From NCBI GenBank assembly GCA_037442105.1, contig JBBIQV010000029.1, positions 1 to 40,719 of the forward strand: a stretch of DNA of 40,719 bases. The letters run 5' to 3'. Of the stretch, positions 27,122 through 36,174 are shown one piece after another. Numbering within the stretch: the first letter of the stretch is position 1; each line of letters opens with the position of its first letter. The position numbers and the translations under genes were made by a program. The stretch comes from Nitrospiraceae bacterium. GTDB taxonomy: Bacteria > Nitrospirota > Nitrospiria > Nitrospirales > Nitrospiraceae. The notes beneath the pieces are model-generated. The model searched no databases, was not told the origin of the DNA, and saw nothing but the letters and a program-made list of their open reading frames with translations.

Positions 27122-27937
27122 ATGTCGATGTCGAACAGCGCTCTCATCCAAGACAAACTTCGAACACTCGAGCGGCTATTCTCCAATATGCAATCGGTGC
27201 TCGTTGCGTTTTCCGGCGGCATCGACAGTTCGCTTGTGCTGAAAGTCGCTCACCGGCAGTTAGGAACGCGTGCCGTGGCGGTCACGGCGGCATCGCCCAC
27301 CTTTCCCGCTATAGAACTCGATGCTTGCCGACGAGTCGCAGCCGAAATCGGCGCCTCTCACCGGATCGTCCGGACGGATCAATTGAACATCCCGGCCTTC
27401 GTCCAGAACGACGCTGCTCGATGTTACCATTGCAAATCGGACCTGTATTCCTTGCTGGGAAAACTGCGGGATGACTATCAGGCAGGATTTGTCGCGGATG
27501 GAACCAACGTGGACGACCTTGGAGACGACCGCCCCGGCCTCACAGCCGCCAGAGAATATGGCGTGCGCAGCCCCCTCTTGGAAGCGGACCTTACCAAGGC
27601 CGAAGTGCGGGAGCTCGCGCGACTCTTGGGCCTCTCCAATTGGGACAAACCGGCGGCAGCCTGCTTATCCTCGCGCATCCCGCGCGGAATCCAGATCACC
27701 AGGGACAAGTTGACCCGCGTCGAGCAGGCCGAAGCGGTGATGTTTCAGGAGGGGTTCAGGCACTGCCGCGTGAGGGACCACGGCGAGATCGCCAGAATTG
27801 AGATTGCCGGTGAAGACACCGCGTTGTTGTTGATCGAGGAACGCAGGCGACGCATCAGCGAGAAGCTTAAGAAGCTCGGCTTCCGATATGTGACCCTGGA
27901 TTTGGAAGGGTACCGACCAGGGGGCGTGAGCATATGA
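27122..27937 (+). CDS. larE: LarE-family ATP-dependent sulfur transferase
   Basis: PP-loop AFSGGIDSS, RCYHCK, DDRPG, WDKPAAACLSSRIP, VTLDLEGYR. Confidence 0.92.
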   Translation: MSMSNSALIQDKLRTLERLFSNMQSVLVAFSGGIDSSLVLKVAHRQLGTRAVAVTAASPTFPAIELDACRRVAAEIGASHRIVRTDQLNIPAFVQNDAARCYHCKSDLYSLLGKLRDDYQAGFVADGTNVDDLGDDRPGLTAAREYGVRSPLLEADLTKAEVRELARLLGLSNWDKPAAACLSSRIPRGIQITRDKLTRVEQAEAVMFQEGFRHCRVRDHGEIARIEIAGEDTALLLIEERRRRISEKLKKLGFRYVTLDLEGYRPGGVSI

Positions 27938-27946
27938 GAGGTGAAA

Positions 27947-28456
27947 TCACACTTCACGGGAGTTTCTCGCCAACGCCTCGATCGCCTCGTCGGCAAAGCG
28001 GCGGTGGTCAGCGTCCGTGAGGCTACGCCCCACTACTTTCTCGGCCACCAGCAGCGCCAGGTCGGTCGTCTGGTTCCGGATATCCTGTACCGCCTTCCGG
28101 CGCTCGTGCTCGATCTCCCGTGCCGCATCTCCCTTGATGCGCTCGGCTTCGGCGGTCAGGCGCTGCTCATTCTCTTCCAAGACACGTTGCGCCCGCTCCT
28201 TCGCCTGAGCCAGAATCGTCTCGGCCTCTTTCGACACGGCGCTTAGTTTGGCTTCATACTCGCGCAGTCGGCGCTCGGCTTCGGACCGGTGACGTTCTGC
28301 CTGGTCCAAGCTGTCCTTGATCTTCCGCTCCCGTTCCTCGAGGATGCTCAAGATACCGGGAAACGCAAACTTGTAGAGCAGGAATAGGAGAACGGCAAAC
28401 GACACGATCTCCCAGAAGATCAAAGAAGAGAAAAAGTGTGATTCAAACTGAGGCAT
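27947..28456 (-). CDS. atpF: F0F1 ATP synthase subunit b
   Basis: IFWEIVSFAVLLFLLYKFAFP TM followed by a long charged helix. Confidence 0.93.
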   Translation of the reverse strand: MPQFESHFFSSLIFWEIVSFAVLLFLLYKFAFPGILSILEERERKIKDSLDQAERHRSEAERRLREYEAKLSAVSKEAETILAQAKERAQRVLEENEQRLTAEAERIKGDAAREIEHERRKAVQDIRNQTTDLALLVAEKVVGRSLTDADHRRFADEAIEALARNSREV

Positions 28457-28476
28457 CTCTTATCACCAGGCTCTAA

Positions 28477-28546
28477 GCAAGGGGCGAGGGGCAAGAGGAA
28501 GTACGATATCGGTATTGCCTCCGGCCCATTGCCTCTAGCCTCTGAC
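28477..28546. repeat. Heptamer-periodic inverted repeat spacer
   Basis: gcaaggg gcgaggg gcaagag ... gcctccg gcccatt gcctcta gcctctg, between atpE and atpF. Confidence 0.6.
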
Positions 28547-28552
28547 CTGCTC

Positions 28553-28783
28553 CTATTTCCGCAATCCCATGATAATGAACGCGATGACCAGCCCGTACAG
28601 CGCAATGGCTTCCACCAGCGCGAAGCCGATCCACATGTATTTGCCGACCCGGCCTTCGGCCTCCGGTTGACGCGCGACGGCTTCGATCATCTTGCCGAAG
28701 ATGTAGCCGATCCCCACACCGGCGCCTGCAAACCCGGCCGCCGCTAAGCCCATGCCCAATAACGCTGCTGCTGCTGAATCCAT
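28553..28783 (-). CDS. atpE: F0F1 ATP synthase subunit c
   Basis: GAGVGIG, ARQPE loop, ALVEAIALYG with the ion-binding Glu. Confidence 0.96.
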   Translation of the reverse strand: MDSAAAALLGMGLAAAGFAGAGVGIGYIFGKMIEAVARQPEAEGRVGKYMWIGFALVEAIALYGLVIAFIIMGLRK

Positions 28784-28806
28784 CGTCTCTCCTCCTCCCT
28801 TCAACG

Positions 28807-28880
28807 AGCGAACAGCAAATAGTAGATAGTTAGTAGCAAGAATCTACCCCGTGCCGTTCGCTATTCGCTATTAGCTGTTC
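28807..28880. repeat. Heptamer-periodic inverted repeat spacer
   Basis: agcgaac agcaaat agtagat agttagt ... gccgttc gctattc gctatta gctgttc, between atpB and atpE. Confidence 0.6.
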
Positions 28881-28883
28881 ATC

Positions 28884-29633
28884 TCAGTGCGCATGCTCGC
28901 TATGGCCGTGCAGCGTCATCGCATCTCCCAAATAGACGCAGGTCAACACGGTGAAAATGTACGCTTGGATAAAGGCGATGATCACTTCCAGGCCGTTGAT
29001 GGCAATCGTAAAGGCGAACGGCAGCCAGCCGATCAGGAGCGGCAGCGACAGCGCCATGCCGAAAAGGACCGCCAGAACCGTATGGCCCGCCGTCATATTG
29101 GCAAACAACCGCACGGCCAGGGAGAGAGGCCTCGCCAGTTGACTGATCAATTCGATAGGCACCATGAGCGGCAGGAGCCAACCCGGTGTATCAGACGGAA
29201 CGAGAATGCCCAGGAACTTGATCCCATGTAGCGCAAAACCCAGGACTATGCTCATCCCATACACAAACAGAGCAAATGCAGCGGTGACGACAATTTGGCT
29301 CGTCACGGTATAGGTGCCGGGAATGAGCCCGAGCAGATTACAGAAGAGGATGAAGAGGAACAACGTCGCAACCAACGGGAAGAAACGCATCCCTTGTTTT
29401 CCCATCGTATCCAGGATAATACCGCGGATAAAATCGACGAGCATCTCGGCCAGACTTTGGAGTTTTGTTGGAACGAGTCGTTTCGAGGAGCCGGCAATGA
29501 TCATGAGCGCCGTCACAAGCCCGACGACCACCCACATCATGATCACAGCCTTGTTGAGGGAAATGTCCAAGCCGCCGAGAGAAATCGGTACGAAGTTGTG
29601 CAGTTCAAACGGATGGAGCGGACTCTCTTCCAC
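28884..29633 (-). CDS. atpB: F0F1 ATP synthase subunit a
   Basis: RPLSLAVRLFANMTAGH, IQAYIFTVLT. Confidence 0.96.
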   Translation of the reverse strand: MEESPLHPFELHNFVPISLGGLDISLNKAVIMMWVVVGLVTALMIIAGSSKRLVPTKLQSLAEMLVDFIRGIILDTMGKQGMRFFPLVATLFLFILFCNLLGLIPGTYTVTSQIVVTAAFALFVYGMSIVLGFALHGIKFLGILVPSDTPGWLLPLMVPIELISQLARPLSLAVRLFANMTAGHTVLAVLFGMALSLPLLIGWLPFAFTIAINGLEVIIAFIQAYIFTVLTCVYLGDAMTLHGHSEHAH

Positions 29634-29749
29634 TCTTCCTTCCTTTCACTTTAAGGAGCGATGGGAGCCGGGCCAACCTGCGCACGTCTACCGCGCATCT
29701 TTCTGAAGATGCAGGATACGCAAGCACCGGGCCGGTTCCTATCGCTCCG

Positions 29750-29965
29750 CTACTTCCAACGCTGGGCTGTCCGGTACGCATTGAGCACACCAGCAACCGC
29801 CCCAAGGGCCAACCCTACCACTACGCCCCATGGAGTTGAGGCAAACAGATAGGTATCAACGACCCAGCCGAGCCCTCCTCCCACGATTAACGCGGCCAGC
29901 AGCTCGGTGCCGATCCGCACCGCCTGACCAAGCCCCGCATAAAACGGATCGTTCGAGGGGGGCAT
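29750..29965 (-). CDS. AtpZ/AtpI family ATP synthase accessory protein
   Basis: GTELLAALIVGGGLGWVVDTYL..PWG two-TM pattern. First gene of the F0 operon. Confidence 0.85.
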   Translation of the reverse strand: MPPSNDPFYAGLGQAVRIGTELLAALIVGGGLGWVVDTYLFASTPWGVVVGLALGAVAGVLNAYRTAQRWK

Positions 29966-29974
29966 TGAGAACCA

Positions 29975-30028
29975 AGTTCTGAGTTCTAAGTTCTGAGTTG
30001 CGGAACTCATCGCTTACAACTCAGAACC
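29975..30028. repeat. Heptamer-periodic inverted repeat in the atp leader
   Basis: agttctg agttcta agttctg agttgcg ... gaactca tcgctta caactca gaacc. Confidence 0.6.
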
Positions 30029-30251
30029 CCGGCCAGCCTTATGGATTGTTCACGATGCCTTGCGCTGGCCGTGACAGGCGCGCCATTCAAGCAAAAACAT
30101 CAGGGAATTGTCAAGCCGCGAAAGGGGCAAAGGGCTAAAGTGAAGCCACGGAGAAATCAGTCTGATTGATCAGTCGTCAATCGGTGCACTGGCCCCGTTT
30201 CCTCTGCTTGTGATAGAAGCATGGGTGCCGACGCAACTTCTTCTAACCACC

Positions 30252-31745
30252 ATGCGCGTACTTTCACAGCGACAATTTCTCGACGGCCCCCCCCAACCCC
30301 TGATCCTTGCTATACCCCAACCTCCGGTCGAGGCGTTCGAACTCTACCGGCGGATCGCCCGATCCCACCGTCCATCCTTCTTGCTCGAGAGCGGCAAGGG
30401 GAGCGAGGCGGTCGCCCGCTATTCCTTCATAGGCAGCGAGCCATATCTCACTCTTGTAGGCAAGCATGGGCGTTGTGAACTACGAACCTCTGATAAGGTG
30501 ACGATCCAACAGGGCGATCCTTTCACGCTCCTTACCCAGCTCATGCTGAGTTCTCCCATCGAAAAACCGGAAGGGGCACCTCCGTTCTTCGGTGGCGCGG
30601 TGGGGTACTGCAGCTATGATCTCGTACGCTCCTTCGAGGCTATCCCAACCCTGGCCCAGGATGACCTGGACTGGCCTGATCTCGAGTTCGCGTTCGTTGA
30701 TCTCTTGGCCGCTATTGATCACCAGATCAGAGTCGTCTACCTACTTTTCTGCCCACCGCGAGAACGTCAACTCGGCGAGCCGCGGGAAAAACTGTATCGC
30801 GAGGGCTGCGATCGCCTGGCTGAACTGGAAGCCCGCATGACAGACCCCAGCCGTTCGCAGGACACCACAATCCCTTTTCATCAGCTCGCGTTGAACCCGG
30901 ATCAACCGCGTCAGGCCTATATCGAGCGCGTCCGCCGTTGCTTGGACTACATTACGGCCGGAGACATCTACCAGGCAAACCTATCGCATCGATTCACGTT
31001 GGACCTCGCTCGGCAACGCGACATGGCTTTGCCCGACTACTTGTTCGAGCTTCAGTTGTACCAGCGTCTTCGGGCTGTGAATCCCTCTCCGTTCTCAGCC
31101 CTGTTGAGTTTCGACAACGTCCACTTAATCAGTTGCTCACCGGAGCGACTGGTTCGATTGCAAGGTCGGCAGGCCCAGACGCGCCCGATCGCCGGCACCA
31201 GGCCTCGGGGACTCACGTCGCCGGAAGACCGGCGTCTTACCAGCGAACTTCTCACCAGCGCCAAGGAGCGGGCCGAGCATCTCATGCTCGTCGATTTGGA
31301 GCGGAACGATCTGGGGCGCGTGTGCAAATTCGGCTCCGTGCGCGTCGACGAGTTTATGACGGTGGAACAATACTCACACGTGAGCCACCTCGTCTCGAAC
31401 GTGACCGGGACCCTGCGCGACGGAGCGAACGGTTTCGATCTCATCAAGGCCATGTTTCCCGGCGGAACGATTACCGGTGTGCCGAAGATCCGGTGCATGG
31501 AGATCATCGAGGAACTGGAACCCGTCCGCCGTGGACCCTACACCGGCTCCTTGGGTTACTTGAGTTGGAGCGGAGATCTAGACCTGAACATCATCATCCG
31601 CACCTTGGTCATGACGAAAAACCAGGGCTACTTGCAGGTGGGAGCCGGAATCGTGGCGGATTCCGTCGCGTCAAAAGAATACGACGAAACATTGTACAAA
31701 GCCGAAGCGGTCTTCAAGGCACTGATGGGAAACAAGAACGGGTGA
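30252..31745 (+). CDS. pabB: Chorismate-binding enzyme component I (aminodeoxychorismate synthase PabB-like / TrpE family)
   Basis: LLESG, GDIYQANL, SPERL, RPIAGTRPRG, EHLMLVDLERND. The adjacent class IV aminotransferase favours PabB over TrpE. Confidence 0.75.
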   Translation: MRVLSQRQFLDGPPQPLILAIPQPPVEAFELYRRIARSHRPSFLLESGKGSEAVARYSFIGSEPYLTLVGKHGRCELRTSDKVTIQQGDPFTLLTQLMLSSPIEKPEGAPPFFGGAVGYCSYDLVRSFEAIPTLAQDDLDWPDLEFAFVDLLAAIDHQIRVVYLLFCPPRERQLGEPREKLYREGCDRLAELEARMTDPSRSQDTTIPFHQLALNPDQPRQAYIERVRRCLDYITAGDIYQANLSHRFTLDLARQRDMALPDYLFELQLYQRLRAVNPSPFSALLSFDNVHLISCSPERLVRLQGRQAQTRPIAGTRPRGLTSPEDRRLTSELLTSAKERAEHLMLVDLERNDLGRVCKFGSVRVDEFMTVEQYSHVSHLVSNVTGTLRDGANGFDLIKAMFPGGTITGVPKIRCMEIIEELEPVRRGPYTGSLGYLSWSGDLDLNIIIRTLVMTKNQGYLQVGAGIVADSVASKEYDETLYKAEAVFKALMGNKNG

Positions 31746-31752
31746 TTGAGCG

Positions 31753-32697
31753 ATGTGGATTTTCCTGAACGATCGGTTCGTACGCGAGGAAGACGCGGTC
31801 GTCTCGGTGTTCGACCACGGCTTTCTTTACGGTGATGGTGTCTATGAAACTATCCGTTCGTATGGATCGCGTCTCTTCATGCGGGACCAACACTTGGCGA
31901 GACTCCGACGCTCGGCAGAGGCCATCGGACTCTCAATCCCCGTCCCTGAGAAAGAATGGCCGGCCCTGCTCCACGAAGCAATGGAGCGCAACGATGTCGG
32001 CAACGATCGCGTGGATGCCTACCTCCGGATCACGATTTCGCGCGGGGCAGGCGAGATCGGGCTCGATCCGGCACTGTGTCCGCGGCCGACGGTCGTCATC
32101 ATGACCAAGGCGTTACACCCCTATCCGGCCCAGTTATACAAGGACGGCGTAAGCCTCATCATTGCCCGCACCAGACGGAACCTGCCGACCGCGCTGTCTC
32201 CACACATCAAGGCCACCAATTTTCTGAACAACATCCTCGCCAAGCGCGAAGCGATCGCCGCCGGCGCCTTCGACGCTGTGCTGTTGAACTGGCAAGACGA
32301 ACTGACCGAGTGCACCGTCAGCAACATCTTCTTCGTTTACAAAGGCCGGCTCCACACACCGGCATCGGATTGTGGAATCCTCGATGGAATCACCCGCGAG
32401 ATCGTACTGTTGTTAGCCCACGAAAATGGAATGACCATCGGAGAGGGACATTTCAAGGCTACCGCTTTGAGCCAGGCGTCCGAATGCTTTTTGACCAATA
32501 CCAGCATGGAAATCATGCCGGTGACCAGCCTGAGCCACGCCTCTATCGGGCAAGGTCGTCCTGGTCCTATCACCTGTAAACTCCAGGCCCTGTTTGCTGC
32601 CGGCCGGAGCCGGTTTTCTGCGCCTCCCGGCCGGCCTCGCAACCTCTCACTGTTTTCTCACGGTCTTACACCCGCGCCGGAGCGGCATAAGAGCTGA
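31753..32697 (+). CDS. Class IV PLP aminotransferase (aminodeoxychorismate lyase / IlvE family)
   Basis: DHGFLYGDGVYET, HLARL, KATNFL, GILDGITR. Confidence 0.9.
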   Translation: MWIFLNDRFVREEDAVVSVFDHGFLYGDGVYETIRSYGSRLFMRDQHLARLRRSAEAIGLSIPVPEKEWPALLHEAMERNDVGNDRVDAYLRITISRGAGEIGLDPALCPRPTVVIMTKALHPYPAQLYKDGVSLIIARTRRNLPTALSPHIKATNFLNNILAKREAIAAGAFDAVLLNWQDELTECTVSNIFFVYKGRLHTPASDCGILDGITREIVLLLAHENGMTIGEGHFKATALSQASECFLTNTSMEIMPVTSLSHASIGQGRPGPITCKLQALFAAGRSRFSAPPGRPRNLSLFSHGLTPAPERHKS

Positions 32698-32738
32698 GGT
32701 TCTTTGACAGGTTTCCGGGTGGCTGCTAGGGTTGAACC

Positions 32739-33407
32739 ATGCGTGCTGACTTCCCGCACTTCGTCGCCGGCTTGTTGACCACGGCGCTCAGCCTCTTCAC
32801 GCCGCTCACATCCTTGGCTGAGGTCTATCAGTATATCGACGGCAACGGGACCGTCTCCCTCACCAATGTACCGACCGACCCTCGGTACCGGCGAGTCGAC
32901 CTCGATGCAAGCCGTCTTCGGCCATCTCTGTCAGAACGGGACTTGGCCCCCGTTATCAGCCGACATTCTCAACAACATCGTTTGCACCCCGCGTTGCTGC
33001 GCGCAGTCATCAAGGCTGAGTCAGACTTCGATCCGACCGCGGTGTCGCGAGCCGGCGCTATCGGATTGATGCAGTTGATGCCTCAGACGGCAGCAAGGCT
33101 GGAGGTCCGCGATCTCTATGACCCGGACGAAAACATCGGAGGTGGAGCCAGATACTTGCGGCAGTTACTGGACCGGTTCCACGGGAACCTACCGCTGGCT
33201 CTGGCAGCCTATAATGCCGGCGAGCACCTTGTGGATCGCTACCAAAGCCTCCCGCCCATCGACGAGACTCGCCGGTATGTCAGCAAGGTGCTCCGCTACT
33301 ATCGAAGGTTCCTTTCACGCGAGCAGGTGACCGGCGCCACTATCAGCCCGCACGCGCTCGCAACCCGATCACCAACCCTCGTGTTTTCCGGCGTGTCTTC
33401 CCGATAA
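32739..33407 (+). CDS. Small lytic transglycosylase (SLT domain) with N-terminal signal
   Basis: AVIKAESDF, GAIGLMQLMP, ALAAYNAG, ETRRYV. Confidence 0.92.
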   Translation: MRADFPHFVAGLLTTALSLFTPLTSLAEVYQYIDGNGTVSLTNVPTDPRYRRVDLDASRLRPSLSERDLAPVISRHSQQHRLHPALLRAVIKAESDFDPTAVSRAGAIGLMQLMPQTAARLEVRDLYDPDENIGGGARYLRQLLDRFHGNLPLALAAYNAGEHLVDRYQSLPPIDETRRYVSKVLRYYRRFLSREQVTGATISPHALATRSPTLVFSGVSSR

Positions 33408-34989
33408 CCCCATCCGCTTCTGAAACCTGGCTGTGCTGGCGCCAGCCAGGCCCCTTCGTCTGCGGAAAGTCAGAGCGGTAATGCGCTCCGACGCTATTCT
33501 GTCGCCACAGAGCCGCCTCAGCCACGCAGTGGGCGACCTGGATCATGTTCTTCACCTCAAGGGCGGCCCGAGACCGGAGAGGCTTCGAGACCGCCCTGGC
33601 CCAACGCGAGAGTTGCGCGCAGGCGCTCGTCAACGACTCACCTGAACGCACCAAGCCGACCTTCCCCCACATCACCCGGCGTAGCGAACTTCGCAGTTTC
33701 TCCACATCCACGAGATCGTCCTCGCCTCGCTCGGAAGACTTACAAGAAGGAAGCGGCAATGACGGTGGCCGCCCCTCGCGAGCAGAATACTCCAACGCAG
33801 CTCGCCCGGCCCGCGCGCCGAAAACAAGCCCTTCGAGCAACGAGTTGCTCGCCAGACGATTTGCGCCATGCACACCGCTGCACGCCACCTCGCCGGCCGC
33901 AAAGAGCCCCGGCAGGCTGGTCGCGCCGTTGAGATCCGTCCAAACTCCGCCCATCATGTAATGAGCGCTGGGCGAAACGGGAATCCATTCTTCGGTCATG
34001 TCGATATCGTACCGGAGACAGGTGGCATAGATGGTCGGAAACCGTCGCTTGACGAAAGATGGGCTCAGATGCGTCACATCCAGATACACATGCCGCGCGC
34101 GAGTCGCCGCCATCTCGGACCAAATGGCGCGGGCCACAATATCACGCGGCGCAAGAGCGCCAGCCGGATGGTACCGTTGCATGAACAGCTCGCCCTTGAT
34201 GTTCCTGAGCCGTCCTCCCTCGCCGCGAATCGCTTCGGACAGCAAGAACGGCGGGCTGGATGGCAGATACAAAGACGTAGGGTGGAACTGGACAAACTCC
34301 ATATCCTGGAGTATCGCGCCGGCACGGAACGCCATCGCCATGCCGTCGCCCGTCGCATTGGGGGGATTGGTGGTCCGCGCGTAAATTTGGCCGGCCCCGC
34401 CGGTCGCCAGCACGACCGCGCGCGCCGCGATCATGGTCCGTTTACCGGTATTTTCATTGAGCACCAGCGCCCCGCAACACCGGCCGTCTGCCACCGCGAG
34501 GTCCACCGTGAAATGCCGGTCGAGCCGCTGGATGGATTCCCTGCGACCGGCTTGGGCGAGGAGGACGCGCACCATTTCGTTGCCGGTAGCATCCCCACGA
34601 GCACGGAGGATACGACTCCGGCTGTGTGCCGCCTCCCGCGCAAACGCAAACTTTCCACCGGCCTTGTCGAATTTTGCTCCCCACCGGATGAGCTCTTGAA
34701 TCCGAGCGGGACCTTCCTCGACCAGCACCCTGACGGCCTCTTCCCGACACAGCCCGTGCCCCGCCTTCAATGTATCGGTCAGATGGATCGCCACATCATC
34801 TTCTTCACTCAACGCGACCGCAACTCCACCTTGCGCATAACTGGAACTGCTTTCGAGCGGATGCCCTTTCGTCAGGATCAAAACCCGCCCTTCACAACTC
34901 AACTCCAGCGCAGCCCGTAGCCCGGCCACCCCGCTCCCGATCACCAGAAAATCGGCGCCTGGTTGGCTCGCTTGCCCGGTCGCGCTCAT
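33343..34989 (-). CDS. nadB: L-aspartate oxidase
   Basis: VIGSGVAGL, AQGGVA, EAAHSRSRI, MEFVQFHPT, HGANRLASNSLLE. Confidence 0.95.
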   Translation of the reverse strand: MSATGQASQPGADFLVIGSGVAGLRAALELSCEGRVLILTKGHPLESSSSYAQGGVAVALSEEDDVAIHLTDTLKAGHGLCREEAVRVLVEEGPARIQELIRWGAKFDKAGGKFAFAREAAHSRSRILRARGDATGNEMVRVLLAQAGRRESIQRLDRHFTVDLAVADGRCCGALVLNENTGKRTMIAARAVVLATGGAGQIYARTTNPPNATGDGMAMAFRAGAILQDMEFVQFHPTSLYLPSSPPFLLSEAIRGEGGRLRNIKGELFMQRYHPAGALAPRDIVARAIWSEMAATRARHVYLDVTHLSPSFVKRRFPTIYATCLRYDIDMTEEWIPVSPSAHYMMGGVWTDLNGATSLPGLFAAGEVACSGVHGANRLASNSLLEGLVFGARAGRAALEYSAREGRPPSLPLPSCKSSERGEDDLVDVEKLRSSLRRVMWGKVGLVRSGESLTSACAQLSRWARAVSKPLRSRAALEVKNMIQVAHCVAEAALWRQNSVGAHYRSDFPQTKGPGWRQHSQVSEADGVIGKTRRKTRGLVIGLRARAG

Positions 34990-35003
34990 GTCGGCAGGCT
35001 CCT

Positions 35004-35504
35004 CTACTTCTGGAAGGCCGGCTCGATCACCGCTTGGCGCGTACGCATCCCGAACGGCAGATCACCCTGAACACCGCGCAGCAAGATCGACTGCACCCCG
35101 ACCCACTCCAATCGCGCATGGCCTCGTTGACGGAGTCCGGGATCAGTCTCGCTCTTTCTCCAGAGACCATGCCAGTGTACGAACACATCGATGTTGTCCC
35201 CATCGATGTATATTCGCTCGACCGCAAATTCCAACATCATCTCTGCGAAGCTGTCGAAATCGCTTTGCACATCCCGCTGCAATTGATCGATCGTATCCGT
35301 GGGAAGCAGAAGCGCGTCCAGCGCGGAGCGGTCTTTTGTCACATACGCTTTGCGAAGGGCCTCCACCGCCGCATCAACCCGGAGCACACGCGCGTGGTCT
35401 TCGGGATACTGGATTTCCTTGGAGGAGCAACTCACACCAGCCAGCGCGAACAGAAGAGCTGCGGCAAGGCTAGCCCGTGTCGGCAGACTCACAAAGGGGG
35501 ACAT
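35004..35504 (-). CDS. Hypothetical lipoprotein
   Basis: Signal peptide with lipobox-like LAGVSC. ATG 35504 lies directly behind a promoter-like sequence. Confidence 0.7.
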   Translation of the reverse strand: MSPFVSLPTRASLAAALLFALAGVSCSSKEIQYPEDHARVLRVDAAVEALRKAYVTKDRSALDALLLPTDTIDQLQRDVQSDFDSFAEMMLEFAVERIYIDGDNIDVFVHWHGLWRKSETDPGLRQRGHARLEWVGVQSILLRGVQGDLPFGMRTRQAVIEPAFQK

Positions 35505-35663
35505 AGCGCAGTATAGAAAGCGCCATTCAGTGAGGTCAAGGCACCAGGGTTGGGAGACCACATCGCCCGGATCGAGCACTGCGCGCTTGACACCTTCGCA
35601 ATCACTGTGTTACCAGTCCGCAGCGTTTGCTGGGTAGTACGTAAGTCCGAGATGCACGATTTC

Positions 35664-35692
35664 TTGCATTTTGGCTGGAATGCCTCTAGACT
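35664..35692 (+). promoter_or_regulatory. Sigma70 promoter of the bS22-like gene
   Basis: TTGCAT - 17 bp - TAGACT, with RBS CAGGAG at 35701. Confidence 0.6.
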
Positions 35693-35716
35693 CCGAACCG
35701 CAGGAGCAATCACTCT

Positions 35717-35812
35717 ATGTCGAGCGTCTTGAAGAAACGCCGCAAGAAGATGCGGAAGCACAAGTATAAGAAGCTCCGCCGGCGGCAGAAATTTCTCCGT
35801 CGGAAAAGCTAG
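35717..35812 (+). CDS. 31-aa basic peptide, ribosomal protein bS22 / AURKAIP1-COX24 (mS38) family; not in ORF track
   Basis: MSSVLKKRRKKMRKHKYKKLRRRQKFLRRKS matches the family motif SVxKKRRKxMxKHKxxKL. RBS and promoter present. Confidence 0.9.
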   Translation: MSSVLKKRRKKMRKHKYKKLRRRQKFLRRKS

Positions 35813-35842
35813 CCGCATCCTCCAAACAGGAGGGAGGTCCCC

Positions 35843-36061
35843 GTGCCAGAGAGCAAGAAGGTTCGCATCCGAGTTCGAACCGTCAACAGCACTTACGTCG
35901 GCGACTTCCTGGTCCCTCCTATGCGGAACCGGGTCTCTGACGCCATCAACGAAGAGGCGCGGCTGTTCATCAACATGACCGACGTGGTGATCGACGATAA
36001 AGAGCGTATGGACTTTGTCGCGATCAATAAGAATCTCATCGAGTCGATCGCGCAACTCTAG
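35843..36061 (+). CDS. Small conserved hypothetical protein
   Basis: GTG after a strong GGAGGGAGG RBS. Sequence RVSDAIN...FINMTDV...FVAINKNLI has a compact beta-rich character. Confidence 0.7.
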   Translation: MPESKKVRIRVRTVNSTYVGDFLVPPMRNRVSDAINEEARLFINMTDVVIDDKERMDFVAINKNLIESIAQL

Positions 36062-36174
36062 CAGAATTTCGTGATTCAGCGATTGGTGATTTCGTGATGT
36101 TCTGAGACTTTGCCAAATCGCCGGATCACCAAATCATACTTGCCGGTTCTCCACATCACGCACCACCCGTCCTG

